Positions 37,514-49,780 of a stretch of 64,000 nucleotides of DNA are shown here, one piece after another. Position 1 is the first letter of the stretch, and each line of letters opens with the position of its first letter. The notes beneath the pieces were generated by a model that was given only the letters and a program-made list of their open reading frames with translations, ran no database searches and had not been told where the DNA came from. The stretch is taken from NCBI GenBank assembly GCA_951406725.2, contig OX597822.1:13392001-13456000 (forward strand). The letters run 5' to 3'. The DNA is from Octopus vulgaris. Taxonomy: Eukaryota. The translations under genes were made by a program, and so were the position numbers.

Positions 37514-39755
37514 ATTTTATTTTATCCAGTTTCAGCTAACGAGCTGTGGCCGTGCTGGGGCACCGCCATTCGGTGTTGCTACATGATTTTACTTCACAAA
37601 TGCTTTTTAGCAATTGCCATTTGGTGCATGAGAGAGTTCGATGCAGCTGCCCTCATCTGCACCTCCTGCCGTGAAGTTGGTTCATCTGAGACACCTGACA
37701 GGAAGAGATCCACTTTTGTATTAAAGACATCTGCATCCACCCCATGCAGATCTCTCAGGTCATTCGAGAGGATATTGAAGAGCTGTGGGCCTCGGAAGCC
37801 CAGGCTATCACAGTATCCTGTCCTACATCTTGATGGCAAATTTGGAGTCCTTGGCACTATGCAATGGCTCCCAGTTCTGGCATTTGTGTAACTCTCGATG
37901 CCAAAGTTTGGGACAAGTCCTTCTAGGATCTTCTAGATGTATATTATGACATATCTTTCTCGCCTACGCTCTAAGGAATAGAGTCTTAATCTCTTGAGTC
38001 TTTCCCAGTAGCTTATATGCTGCTCAGAGGCTATCTTCTTCGTGTAGCTTCGTTGGATCGCCTCAAGATCTGTGATTAACTTGACACTGGATGGTGACCA
38101 TAGCTGAGAGCAATAGTCAAAGTGGCTTAGGACAAGTGTCCTCCAGAGGACCATCATGGTTTCCTGGTCTCTCGTTCTAAAGGTTCTAAGAATCCATCCG
38201 GTCAGCTGCCTACATTTCATTGCCAATTTAGCAACAAGCACATGAAACGTTGCATCATTACTCATGTAAATACCCAGGTCTCGCACTGATTGTGCCTCTG
38301 GGATTGCAATCCCTCCGGGTCCAGTGTATTCATTGGGTATTGCATTTAGTTTTGCATGCTGATAGCATAAAGCTTGAAACTTTTCAGCATTGAACTGCAT
38401 GCTATTCTTTTCAGCCCACTTGTATATTTTGTCCAGCTCACATTGCAGGTGCTTGGTGTCTTCAGGGTTCTGTATTGCCTGTGAAACTTTTGTATCATCT
38501 GCATAACTTGTGATCGTGGCTCTCTGCGTGGCTGAGGGCATGTCTGAGAGGGCCATTATGAACAGTAGTGGTCCCAAAACAGTGCCTTGCGGAACACCGC
38601 TCACTATTTGCGTGTTAATGGCTACTACCACCTGACTTCTATCCTTCAGAAAGTCATGAAGCCATTCTCCCAATTTTCCAACTATGCCAAGATCACGTAG
38701 TTTGTGACATATCATTCCATGGTCGACTTTATCAAAGGCCTTTGCAAAGTCGAGATATATGACTTCCACATTTGAGTGGTTGAGCAGTCGTTTCAGCACC
38801 CAGTCATAGTGTTGTCGGAGCTGAGTTAGGCAGCTTCTTCCTAGTCGGAAACCATGTTGGGTGTCAGGCAGCAAGTTATTTTCTTCAAGGAAGGTGATTA
38901 GTTTCCTTCTGACTATTCGTTCCATGACCTTGCTGATGTGTGAGGTTAGAGAGATAGGTCTGTAATTCTTGACCTCCGCTCTGCTACCTCCTTTATGAAT
39001 AGGGCATATTTTACCTTCCTTCAGTTTTCTTGAGAGTTTACCAGTTGAAAGAGGAACTGCAGTGGTCTTGCTAGGACTCTCTTACATACTTTTAGAAGGA
39101 TTGCTGGGAATCCATCGGGGCCAGTAGCTGAGTTTGTTTTCATTTCATCAATAGCCTTTATTACATCGTCTTCCTTTATATTGATGTAATCAATCATCGC
39201 TGCCTCTGATTTTATATCTGCAGTGGTAAAGAAGTCAGTTGGATTGCTGACTTGAAAATGCCCTAGGGGTGGAGTGAAAATACTCTTGAATTCCTCATTT
39301 AGTACTTCACTTATCCTTATTGGATTTCCTGTGAGTGTGCCATCCTTTTCAAGGAGTGGCCCTATCCTACAGTGCACCGTAGCTGTTTCTTTGGCATACA
39401 TGTAGACATTTCTGGGGTTAGATTTTATGTTGTCTATAGCCCAGGCTTCTTTATCTGCTCTTTCTTTTTCATGGGAGATTTGCTGACATTTTTCAATATC
39501 CAACAGTTTTATTTTTAGGCGGGACTTTTCACGCTTTCAATTTGTTTGTTTAGGCGATTTGAAACTTTTGTACGCCGTCTCATTAGAATTTTTCTCTCTC
39601 TGAGTATTTTGTTTTTGTGTACAGTGGCCTTTCTCTCTGGGACACATTTGTAGCATATGGCTTGCATTACAGACATGAATTGTTGAAGTTTCATGTCGAT
39701 GTCTGGCGAGGAGAGACATTCAGACCAGTTTTGTTTGAGGATCTCTTTCTCAATT
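37510..39755 (-). mobile_element. 5'-truncated CR1-type LINE (RT and 3' end), with stops and frameshifts
   Basis: ORFs 39021..39503 (SATGPDGFPA), 37933..38925 and 37594..37857; tail ..GCTGAAACTGG(ATAAA)n. Confidence 0.92.
37933..38925 (-). pseudogene. Reverse transcriptase domain of CR1-type LINE
   Basis: QHGFRLGRSC, YLDFAKAFDKVDH, SGVPQGTVLGPLLF, YADDTK, VRDLGI, DYCSQLWSP. Confidence 0.93.
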
Positions 39756-39783
39756 TGTTATATATGTGTACATATTTATATAT

Positions 39784-39871
<88 letters not shown>

Positions 39872-41494
39872 GAATGCATTATGGCAACAATTCTGTGCGT
39901 CGAACAATATTCTTTCTGATATTTCGGTCCATGTACGCATCCTCTCTTAAAGCTTATTTGGCTTCGCGTTTCAACATCCTCCGAGTCAAAATAAATATTT
40001 ATCACTGTAAAGTATGAATCCGGATTCGATATAAACGAAAGAAACCATTTAAAAGGGTTGAGGTGGGTCATCAGAAAATGGCAGCATCTAGAAATTAATG
40101 GGAAAGAGGAGGAAAATAAAGAAGAGTAGAGAAAAAGAGAGAGAAGGAAAAAGAGAGGAGGGAAGAGGAGAGAGAGTGAGGGGAAAGGGAGAGGAGGACA
40201 GAGAAGCTGATAGAAAGAAGGAGAGAGCGCTTAAAACTTAGAGTACATAGAATAAAGTCAGATACCAATCAAGCAGATACAGACTTATTATTATGATTCC
40301 TGAATCTGTGTTACTTGATTGGATTATCCCGTGTCACCTGACCAGCCAGCAGTCAGATTGTTTATTGCTATTTTCATAAATACTTGTCTACAAGCAGCTT
40401 TTATGTTTTCTGAATTTGTGTTATGAGTTCAGCTGCAGACACACACACACACACGATTACATTGCTGCATACGTATTTATAAAATATATACATTCATTTG
40501 CATATATATGTATATTCACATATACATGGAAATGAATGAGCGAATGAACGTGTGTTTTGTAAAAGTAAGTAAACACACCGATGTATTAATATAATGTACA
40601 TACATGTGTATACTCGGCAGTGTGTTGAGAAATCTACTTCCCAACCACATGGTCCCGGGTTCAGTCCAACTGCGTGGCACCTTGGTGAAATACCTTCCGA
40701 TAAAGCTCCGGGTCGATTAAACCGTTGTGAGTGGATTTGATATCCTGAAGGTAAAGAGTCGGACAATATGCTGTTAAGTATTTGGTCCGAGTTGCTAACG
40801 ATTCTGCCAGGTCTCCACCTTAATAATAATGGTTTCAAATTTTGGCACAAGGCCAGCAATTTCGAGGATGTGGGTAAGTCGATTACAACGACTCCAAAAT
40901 TCCTCTGACACACGAAATGAGGAATGGTAAAGTTGACCTCGGCCGAACGTAATGACGAACGAAATGCTGGCGTTAATATAATAGACTGCTTTCTCCCGCA
41001 AGTATCTGATGTGTGTCTCTGTTAAAACTGAATATTTGCAATATAGATTGGGTCGACGTCAGCTGTGTGATCCTTTCTCAACTACAGAATCAGGAATAAA
41101 TCGCTCATCCGGAACGTCAAACGTTGTGATATATTCTTCAGTCAAACCTTGTCACTTCGGTCCTAAATTAGGATTCTGTCATCCGATGCGCATTGAGAAG
41201 GAAAACGACTAAATATGAATCATTGACTTACAAATTCATTTTTGCGTCAGTGATTGCTGAAATTACCTCGGTCCTCAACTTCCGCATTGTTTCTACTTTT
41301 CGCCATAAAAGCTGATTGAAGGAAAGAACTCGGGAAGTAAAGAGCTGATGTAGGACATATCGCAGTCTGTTTTTGCAACAAAGCAATCTTTTAAAGCTCT
41401 CCGTGCGGTGGGGCGTCGATGAAACAAAGAATCCAACTAAAAAATATCTAATTTATTTATTTCTGGTCTATATTTAAGAGATGAGGAATTATTT

Positions 41495-41811
41495 ACAATA
41501 TTTACATTTGACGGATATTTGTCCTCATCTTGTTTGTTGTTGCAGATATGAGTAGTATGTGGGAACCGGTCATAAGGAAGGATAGGAAAATATTAGATTT
41601 ATAAGCCCTAAAATTCACTAACCCTAAGATTCCGAGTTCGATTCCAGGCAGGGGCCTGAATAATAATAACATCGAAAAATACCTTAGGAATGAGAACCCA
41701 GGTTCGAAAGTTCCGCAAGACACCTGATGAAGACTGAAGGGTATATCAGCCGAAACGTTGTGTTAACACCAAACAAGATGAGGGCAAGTATCCGTCAAAT
41801 GTAAATAATGT
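41495..41811 (+). mobile_element. Pol III box-B element with hammerhead-containing tail and an inverted copy of its 3' end
   Basis: GAGTTCGATTCC at 41634-41645; hammerhead at 41719-41764; 41495-41541 is the reverse complement of 41765-41811. Confidence 0.65.
41719..41764 (+). ncRNA. Minimal type I hammerhead ribozyme
   Basis: GACAC-CTGATGA-A-GACTGA..TCAGCC-GAAAC-GTT-GTGTT; core intact, one mismatch in stem II, GUU triplet. Confidence 0.8.
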
Positions 41812-41849
41812 TATTTATTTCTAACGTTACGGCAGAATTTTGCGGTACC

Positions 41850-42200
41850 TGGAGCAAGTGTTTTCTACTATAGCTCCGGGTTTATAAATGCCTTACGAAT
41901 GAATTTCGTAAACAGAAACTGTCCAACATGTCATGTGTGTGTGTGTGCGCGCGCGCGCATGTGTCCAAGCTATCATGCGCGCGCGTATATATCTGTGTGT
42001 GTGTGTGTATCTGTGTATGTTTGTCCTCCCAACCAGTGTTGTCTTTTTACATCTTCGTAACTTAGCGATTCGGCAAAAGAGACAGCTAGAATAAGTGTTT
42101 AACTTTAAAATAAGTACTAAGAACGATTTGCTGGACTAAACTTTTCAAGGCAGTGTCCCAGCATGGTCGCACTCCAATGGCCGAGACAAGTAAAAGATAA
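41850..42200 (+). mobile_element. Diverged SINE family B
   Basis: GCAAGTGTTTTCTACTATAGC..ACAGAAACTG-(TG/CG)n..GTAACTTAGCGATTCGGCAAAAGAGAC..CCAGCATGGTCGCA. Confidence 0.7.
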
Positions 42201-43595
42201 AGGATATTGCGACTAACAATATAAACTAGTAAACTGACTTTTCCTCTCTAATCTGTCCGGCCTTGGGTCTTATTCTCTTCTGATAGCTTATAGTTAAACT
42301 GATGTTTGCATATTTTCGCCGCATAAGAATTCTATAAAATGTCATGCATTGAAGAATTGGATTAGAACTCAAAAGAATGTGAAGAAAGGAAATAGGAAGC
42401 ATGGCAATAGTATTTCAAGCATTAGGCTAAATATTTAAGAAGCTGCGTCACTAATAAAATCAAACAAGTGAAATTCTCCCATCGCAGACCTCATAAAGGA
42501 GACCCACGAGATTTGTGTATCTTAAGAAAACTAACTGCTCAAATAAATAAATAAATCGAAGAAGAAGAAAGTAAACGAAATTGTGGTGTATGGTTAGTTA
42601 TCTTGGCATCAACGAAGGAATTGAAATTTTACGTAAGACCATGAAGATGAAGATCGGGAAAGAGTTTTACTGTTGAAAAGAAATGATTGTGAAAAATCAA
42701 ATAAAACCGAGTAAAAAAAGACAGCTGCACGAATTGTCATATTCTGACTTTATTTATGACATAAATTGATCCTTACCAAAATGTCTTGAATAAATCAGGA
42801 AATTCCAAAGGATACGCACAAGTCGTAGAATAAGTTTTCAAAAGAATGCTTCCAAAATATATATTTACAAAGTAAATAAAGTTGTTTCGTTGACAGAAAG
42901 TTGTAAATTATCACGAAAGAACAGAAAGGCTCAATCCGGGAACTTATATGCGGTAGATGGTCCAGCTCGAGATAGCAGCCAAATCTCCGGTCAAACCAAA
43001 CGACAATGTCTTATCAGTTTAAATATGGAATATACTGGTCAGTGGTCGATCGACCTCACAGAAATAGTGGCCAAATATTTTTCCCAAAAAATAATAATAA
43101 ATAAATAAACAGAAAAAAACACCCGAAATTTCCAGCCTGTTTCTTACTCGATCGGCCTCTTTTCCCGAAATGCTAAGTAACAGGGGCACAAACATACCTA
43201 CACCTTTTCTAATGGGGCCAAAGTTCAGCCTGAATATACGCAGGTCTATGTCTACATAAAAACGAAAGAAATTCAGGGAACGTAGGAAATTAGAGCTTTA
43301 AATCAGAATACATTTATCGGAGGGAACAATGAAATTTGCTAAAAGCATTTGAGAATGATTTTAATGTCTTTGAACAGAATTTAGCCTGTTGAATTGTTTA
43401 GGTTTGAGTATGTAACTCTTCGCAACCCTATTTTAAATATCTGCAGTTCACACTATACCATCATCAGAACGGTATGGCATTGAGTAATATAGTCCTGGAC
43501 AAATATAAAAATAGAAATGAACAAAATCGAAGCATCTCCGACCATAAATATATTTGATTAGGGCCAAGCTGAGGGTGAAAAATAATTAAAATATT

Positions 43596-43637
<42 letters not shown>

Positions 43638-43681
43638 TGTACATACAAAACCATGCTTAATATTATATGTATTCTATTGTA

Positions 43682-44052
43682 TGTGGCCCAGTAGTCATAT
43701 GTGGCCCAGTAGTTAGGGCAGCGGACTCCCGGTCATATGATCGTGGTTTCGATTCCCAGACCCGTTGTGAGTGTTTATTAAGCGAAAGCACTTAAAGCTC
43801 CACGAGACTCCGGCAGGGGGTGGTGGCGAACCCTGTTGTACTCTTTCACCACAACTTTCACTCTTTCTTCCTGTTTCTATTGTACCTGTATTTCAAAGAG
43901 CCGACTTTGTCGCGCTAAATCTCACCCCGAGAACTACGTTAAGGGTACACGTGTCTGTGGAGTGCTCAGCCACTTGCACGTTAATTTCACGAGCAGGCTG
44001 TTCCGTTGATCGGATCAACTGGAACCCTTATCGTCGTAACCGACGGAGTGCC
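43682..44052 (+). mobile_element. SINE family A with a short duplicated 5' start
   Basis: TGGCCCAGTAG (twice), GGTTTCGATTCCC, body collinear with 47022-47404. Confidence 0.88.
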
Positions 44053-44558
44053 ACGATTATATTATATCATATTATATCATACCATATATAGCTATCTTAA
44101 GCGCTTTCCTATGGCAGAAACAATAGAACAATTAGTGTAAGATAAGAGAGAAGACATTTTATCAATTAAATTCCCCATTCGTCCTAAATTTTTACCAGAC
44201 AGTTTCATGTGGAATTTATGCGTCCGTATAAAGTCTGATTAATTATTAATCAGACATGGCCAACCGGAAACCTATATTTTACATGAAGTATTCATTTCCG
44301 GTCGGCCATATCGGATGATTATTTAATTATTCTTTTCTTATAAGAACGCTTAATTAAATATGCAACGGCTTGTCAACATTTTGATCGTATACTTAGATTA
44401 ATTTATAAAAGTGTGTAAACAATATATATAATAATAAGTGTATGATGACAGCTCATCATTTCTCGGTCATTTATTTGTATTTAAAAATTGTCGCTTCAAA
44501 TCCGAAGCCATTCGCTTTTCTTAATAAATATTATATGTAGTATTAGACAGTATATATA

Positions 44559-44593
<35 letters not shown>

Positions 44594-44709
44594 TATATAT
44601 ATATATATGTGTGTGTGTGTATATATATATATGTGTGTGTGTGTATGTATGTATGTATATTTATGTGTATGTATAGATACGTAGAAACAAATATATCAGA
44701 ATTCTTTTC

Positions 44710-44918
44710 TTCTCGAGGCACAAGGCCCGAACTTTTGGGACAGCGGGGCCAGTCGATTAGATCGACCCCAGTCCAAAACTGGTGGTTAATTTATCGACCC
44801 TGAAAGGATGAAAAGCAAAGTTGACCTCGGCGCATTTTGAACTCTGAACGTAAAGACAGACGAAATACCGCTAAGCATTTCACCCGGCATGCTAACGATT
44901 TTGCCAGCTTGCAGCCTT
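44710..44918 (-). mobile_element. SINE family C
   Basis: GGCACAAGGCC..TTTATCGACCCTGAAAGGATGAAAAGCAAAGTTGACCTCGG..GCTAACGATTTTGCCAGC; ACAAATATATCAGAA is repeated on both flanks (TSD-like). Confidence 0.85.
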
Positions 44919-45764
44919 ACAAATATATCAGAAATAACACTTTTACTTGATGCTTCAAGAATATACTTTAATCGCTACGAGAGTAGCTTGTCCATAAAAA
45001 AGGGGGATCTCTGTTACTGAAACATTCCCAAAACAACAAAACATTTTGAACAAACGAAGAGACCTCTGCGTTGTCGTTTGACCTGTTAAGAATCGAACCT
45101 AAATTTCACGCAATTTATTGCTTGCTCTCTTAGAATAAAGAAGGACAAGTGGAATCATGTTGACGCATGACATCCATTTATTTTTCTAAGTCCATTTTTA
45201 TTTATATAAACACCCATGACCCAATATATTTAATTGTAAATCCAGGAGAGTTTGTTAGATGTTAATGATTTTAGATGCCATAAGGGGCTGAAAGAAAAAC
45301 GCTGAAGTATCGGATTATGGCCACTCGAGTCATAACTAGAGGAAATGAAAAAGAAATGGATCGGTTACTTGGTATGAATCGGAAGTGGATAAAGAGGTAA
45401 TCAAAGATAATCGCAGCGAATACGAGATATGTGAAGAGTGGAAGAGAGGTGAGAGAGGTGGTTATTAATCCATCAAAACATAACATTTCATGTGGGTTTA
45501 ACTTCAAATGATGCATTACCAATTTCAGACTTTCTCTAACAGGAGGCTGGATATATGGGACATAAATTCATTCCTAACGTAATACCATCAAACATGCTTT
45601 GTCGCCATATTGTAATTGATACTCCAATATTCAACATCTGTTGAATGCTGGGAATTTGGAGAGGAAGGTTAATTGATTAAACAGTGTCACCTGTGAATTC
45701 AATGTATGTATATGTGAATGTATGTATATGTGAATGTATATATGTGTCTATGCGTGTGTGTGTA

Positions 45765-45808
<44 letters not shown>

Positions 45809-45814
<6 letters not shown>

Positions 45815-46040
45815 CTTTACTACCCACAAGGGGCTAAACACAGAGGGGACAAACAAGGACAGACAAAGGGATTAAGCTGATTACATCGATCCCAGTGTGT
45901 AACTGGTACTTAATTTATCGACCCCGAAAGGATGAAAGGCAAAGTGGACCTCGGCGGAATTTGAACTCAGAACGTAACGGCAGACGAAATATCGTTAAGC
46001 ATTTCGCCCGGCGTGCTAACGTTTCTGCCAGCTCGCCGCC
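45809..46040 (-). mobile_element. Young SINE family C variant with Tx1-like 3' tail
   Basis: Intact head GGCGGCGAGCTGGCAGAAACGTTAGC, box B GAGTTCAAATTCC, Meta-like core, tail TTGTCCCCTCTGTGTTTAGCCCCTTGTGGGTAGTAAAGCAA-(TA)n. Confidence 0.88.
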
Positions 46041-46120
46041 TTATAACGATTGTAAATAGCGTGTATATATTGCTTTACTACCCACAAGGGGCTAAACACA
46101 GAGGGGACAAACAAGGACAG

Positions 46121-46187
<67 letters not shown>

Positions 46188-46225
46188 AAGTAGTTGAATG
46201 AATTATCCTAGTATGGATAATTCGG

Positions 46226-46272
<47 letters not shown>

Positions 46273-47021
46273 TGAGAGAGAGAAAGAACATATATATGTA
46301 CATATATTTGTATATACATATATATGTATATACATATATATACTAGTTAATATATATACACACACATATATACATACAAACACACATTCCCTCTCTCTCT
46401 CCCAATATATATATATATACACTTATACGTATGTGTGTGTGTGTGGCGTATGTTTATAGATAAAAATCAGGGTAACCCGACAAATCGTTCGCTTCCATGT
46501 TAGTCGCAATCGGTTGCTAGAAACGCTTATATTTCTTTACATCACCAGAATGAATATCTGACCTAAGGTTTATCTGAGTATTCACGAATGACAACAGAAA
46601 TCCTCGCTTTTAGACGATCACAGTGTAAGTATTTTGCAGATTACTAAACTTCGTAAAGACTCATAATTAATAACTAATCTGTCTTTATATGAGGTGTGAC
46701 TTTTAAAGGTATCTTGAATTAAACACCCTTAAAATTTTTTTTACCGGTCAAGCTGTATTTGTATGTTCAGAATTACCAAACAAGGAGCTAGATGTTATTT
46801 CAAATTCATATTTTAATATTCATTAACCATTATCTCTCCTTTCCACTAAAGATTTTTAGTAAATAGAGAGTCGGTACTAGGATGTGGGAAATAAGCATTT
46901 TTATTTTAGTATTTTTTATAAATAATAGGTCAATAATTCATAGGCAAAATAGGTGTTATATGTCGTACTTAATTATTTAACCACAGTTTGATGTATTTAT
47001 AAGAACTTAACGAAATATATA

Positions 47022-47404
47022 GAAGCACTCCGTCGGTTACGACGACGAGGGTTTCGGTTGATCCGAATCAACGGAACAGCCTGCTCGTGAAATTAATGTG
47101 TAAGTGGCTGAGCACTCCACAGACACGTGTACCCTTAACGTAGTTCTCGCTGATATTCAGCGTGACACAGAGAGTGACAAGGCCGGCCCTTTGAAATACA
47201 GGTACAACAGAAACAGGAAGTAAGAGTGAGAGAAAGTTGTGATGAAAGAGTACAGCAGGGATCACCACCGTCCCCTGCCGGAGCCTCGTGGAGCTTTAGG
47301 TGTTTTCGCTCAATAAACTCTCACAACGCCCGGTCTGGGAATCGAAACCGCGATCCTATGACCGCGAGTCCGCTGCCCTAACCACTGGGCCATTGCGCCT
47401 CCAC
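47022..47404 (-). mobile_element. Full-length SINE family A (tRNA-derived head)
   Basis: Minus strand GGAGGCGCAATGGCCCAGTGGTTAGGGCAGCGGACTCGCGGTCATAGGATCGCGGTTTCGATTCCC with boxes A and B; target-site duplication AACGAAATA(TATA). Confidence 0.92.
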
Positions 47405-47413
47405 AACGAAATA

Positions 47414-47784
47414 TCTCTCTATATATAAACGGCAGTTTGTCTGTGTGCGTGTCTGTGTGTCTGTCAGGTTGTACCCTCACCCTGACCACGGCTTTCAACC
47501 GATTCTGATGAAACTTGACACACACATAGCCCAATGTCATAATTCAAAACTAACGCAGCGAAAATTTTGAAAAGTTCCCCCAGTTCTGAAAAAGATCGAT
47601 AAATTCGACATGGGGTCGACAATCAGAAACACAAACCACAGATGGTCTAGGGGACGCAACTCGACCTTTTTAACTCTCAAAAAATTTACCATCATTTTTT
47701 TGCTATTTTTTTGCTATAACTCTCTAAAAATGCTTTATAGTTATTTCCCTTACAAACCCGAGCAACGCCGGGCGATACTGCTAG
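47414..47784 (+). mobile_element. Short non-autonomous Helitron
   Basis: A|TC 5' end, (TGTC)-like microsatellite, 3' hairpin CCCG..CGGG followed by CTAG|T. Confidence 0.85.
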
Positions 47785-47964
47785 TATACAATATGAGTAA
47801 AGATGTAAAACGGAAATGCTTATATGATATTCTTATATATAATAGATAATAATAATAATGTCTAATCAGATATGAAGCTATTTAGTATATAAGAAAAGTG
47901 TTTTTGTGTTGATGTAAGTCGAAAATAATTGGTTTTGTTTTTATAGTTGTTAATATTTTCTTGT

Positions 47965-48305
47965 GGAGTGCAGCGGACTCGTGGTCGTAGGATCGCGGTT
48001 TCGATTCACAGGCCGAGCGTGGTGTGCATTGAGCGAAAATACCTAAAGCTCCACAAGACTCCGGCAGGAAGTGGTGGCGAACCCTGCTATCCTATTTCAC
48101 CACAACTTTCTCTCACTCATTCTTCCTATTTTTCTGTATTTCAAAGAGCCAGCCTTGTCACACTCTGCGTTACGCTGAATCTCTCCGAGAACTATGTTAA
48201 GGGTACACTTGTTCGTGATGTGCTCCGCCACTTGCACGTTGACTTCACGAGCAGGCTGTTCCGTTGATCGGATCAACTGGAACCCTCGTCGTCGTAACCG
48301 ACAGA
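47965..48305 (+). mobile_element. SINE family A
   Basis: GCAGCGGACTCGTGGTCGTAGGATCGCGGTTTCGATTC...CCCTCGTCGTCGTAACCGAC. Confidence 0.88.
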
Positions 48306-49319
48306 GCTTCGGTGGAGATAAATGTGGGATGATGTGGGCTTGCAAAATAACTCTGTCACTATTCTGCCTCCAGGCAAAACGGCCACAATCATATGCGCCA
48401 ACTTGGGGATTGGGATTAATTATATGAACTTGTTGAATTGTAAGGAATAATGTTTGTTTGTGGTGAGTACAACCTTGTTATTTCTGCCATTAGTTCCTGC
48501 GAAACTGGTAAATTCAAACTGTCATAAATATAAACATCTCCGAAAAAATTGACTGACAAAACAAAATTATTGTTCCTGGTGTGATGAATGAAGAGTGTGC
48601 GGTGTGGATTGTATGTTAGAAATTCGTGATTCGGAAACAGAGACCAAGAAGTATCACACTATAAAAGCCAAGCCCTGGGGTCGTTCTGTTCCACTAAAAC
48701 ATTTACGAGGTGTTGCCCTGCATGGCTGCAGTCTAATGACTGAACGAAGATAAAAAGATAAAAGATAAGCAAAGACATGGTTGCTTTTCATCTGTTTCTT
48801 CCCAAGAACTACTTTAGACACGTGACTGTGCTTTGCTAAGTTACTTACACGTTAATTCAAGTGACTGTTGAAATTAATCCTCATTGTCAAACGACGAAGA
48901 TCCACCACAAGATACAGTAGACAACTATACATAAATACATTAAAATATTTGCAATACAAGTAACTATGAAGCGAAGAACTAAACGCATGCGCATACTTTC
49001 TAGAGCATGTAGCCAAAAGACACACGTGCTTCAATCGGGTGTCGTTGCGTTTCTTGTTTCTTTTATCTTGCTTCTTATTCTACTTCGGTAAACGTTTCGC
49101 CCGAAACGTCTGACTAATTCTTTTCCTTTCACCATTCTTCAGTTACAATTCACTTTGCACAATTTCTGCTGCATATTTCCTTCTACGATTACATTTTGTC
49201 CATCGCTTTTTCAATTTTTCTCAACCTGTCTCAACCGCTCGCTTTCTCAACCAGTGCAGCAAAGATTTGGATACTACATTGTAAAGTCTCCTATCTGAAC
49301 TTAAATTTATATATGTATC

Positions 49320-49350
<31 letters not shown>

Positions 49351-49780
49351 CTATATATATATATATATATACATATATATATACCCATAAACTTAACACA
49401 GGTAGATAGATAGATAGTCAGACAGTCAGAGAGATAGATAGATATGTTTCGTTATTAGCCACACACGGCTGCACACAAACGGGACATATAACAAAGTAGA
49501 GCTTTTCTTTTTTAGGGGGAAAAAGGTGGGGTAGGTTTTCGATCAAAAGGGATCATAAAAGGGAAAGAAGAAGAAAAAAAGGAAAAGAAACAAAAGAAAA
49601 AACGATCAATAGGGATCGTGTATCACAGTGTCATGATGTACGGTGTAAAGGGGGAAGCAGATAAGGTTTATCCATGGGAAGAAAAGCCTACGAAAAAGAC
49701 CACGGTAACCTCGGTCAATTGTGTTACATGTTACCATATTTGTTTGCAAGTAGGTAACACACTGTTTTAAATTTCCGGGT

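Noticed and set aside
40990-41430. Non-repetitive-looking stretch as an exon or transposase relic
   Set aside because: Stops in the frames examined and no motif I can identify with confidence
47330-47404. tRNA gene
   Set aside because: Boxes A and B are present but the sequence continues into a multi-copy SINE body with TSDs; it is a SINE head. The same applies to the other tRNA-like heads.
49094-49112. ACGTTTCG-CC-CGAAACGT mini-hairpin resembling two fused hammerhead halves
   Set aside because: No CUGANGA core on either side; too short to distinguish from chance
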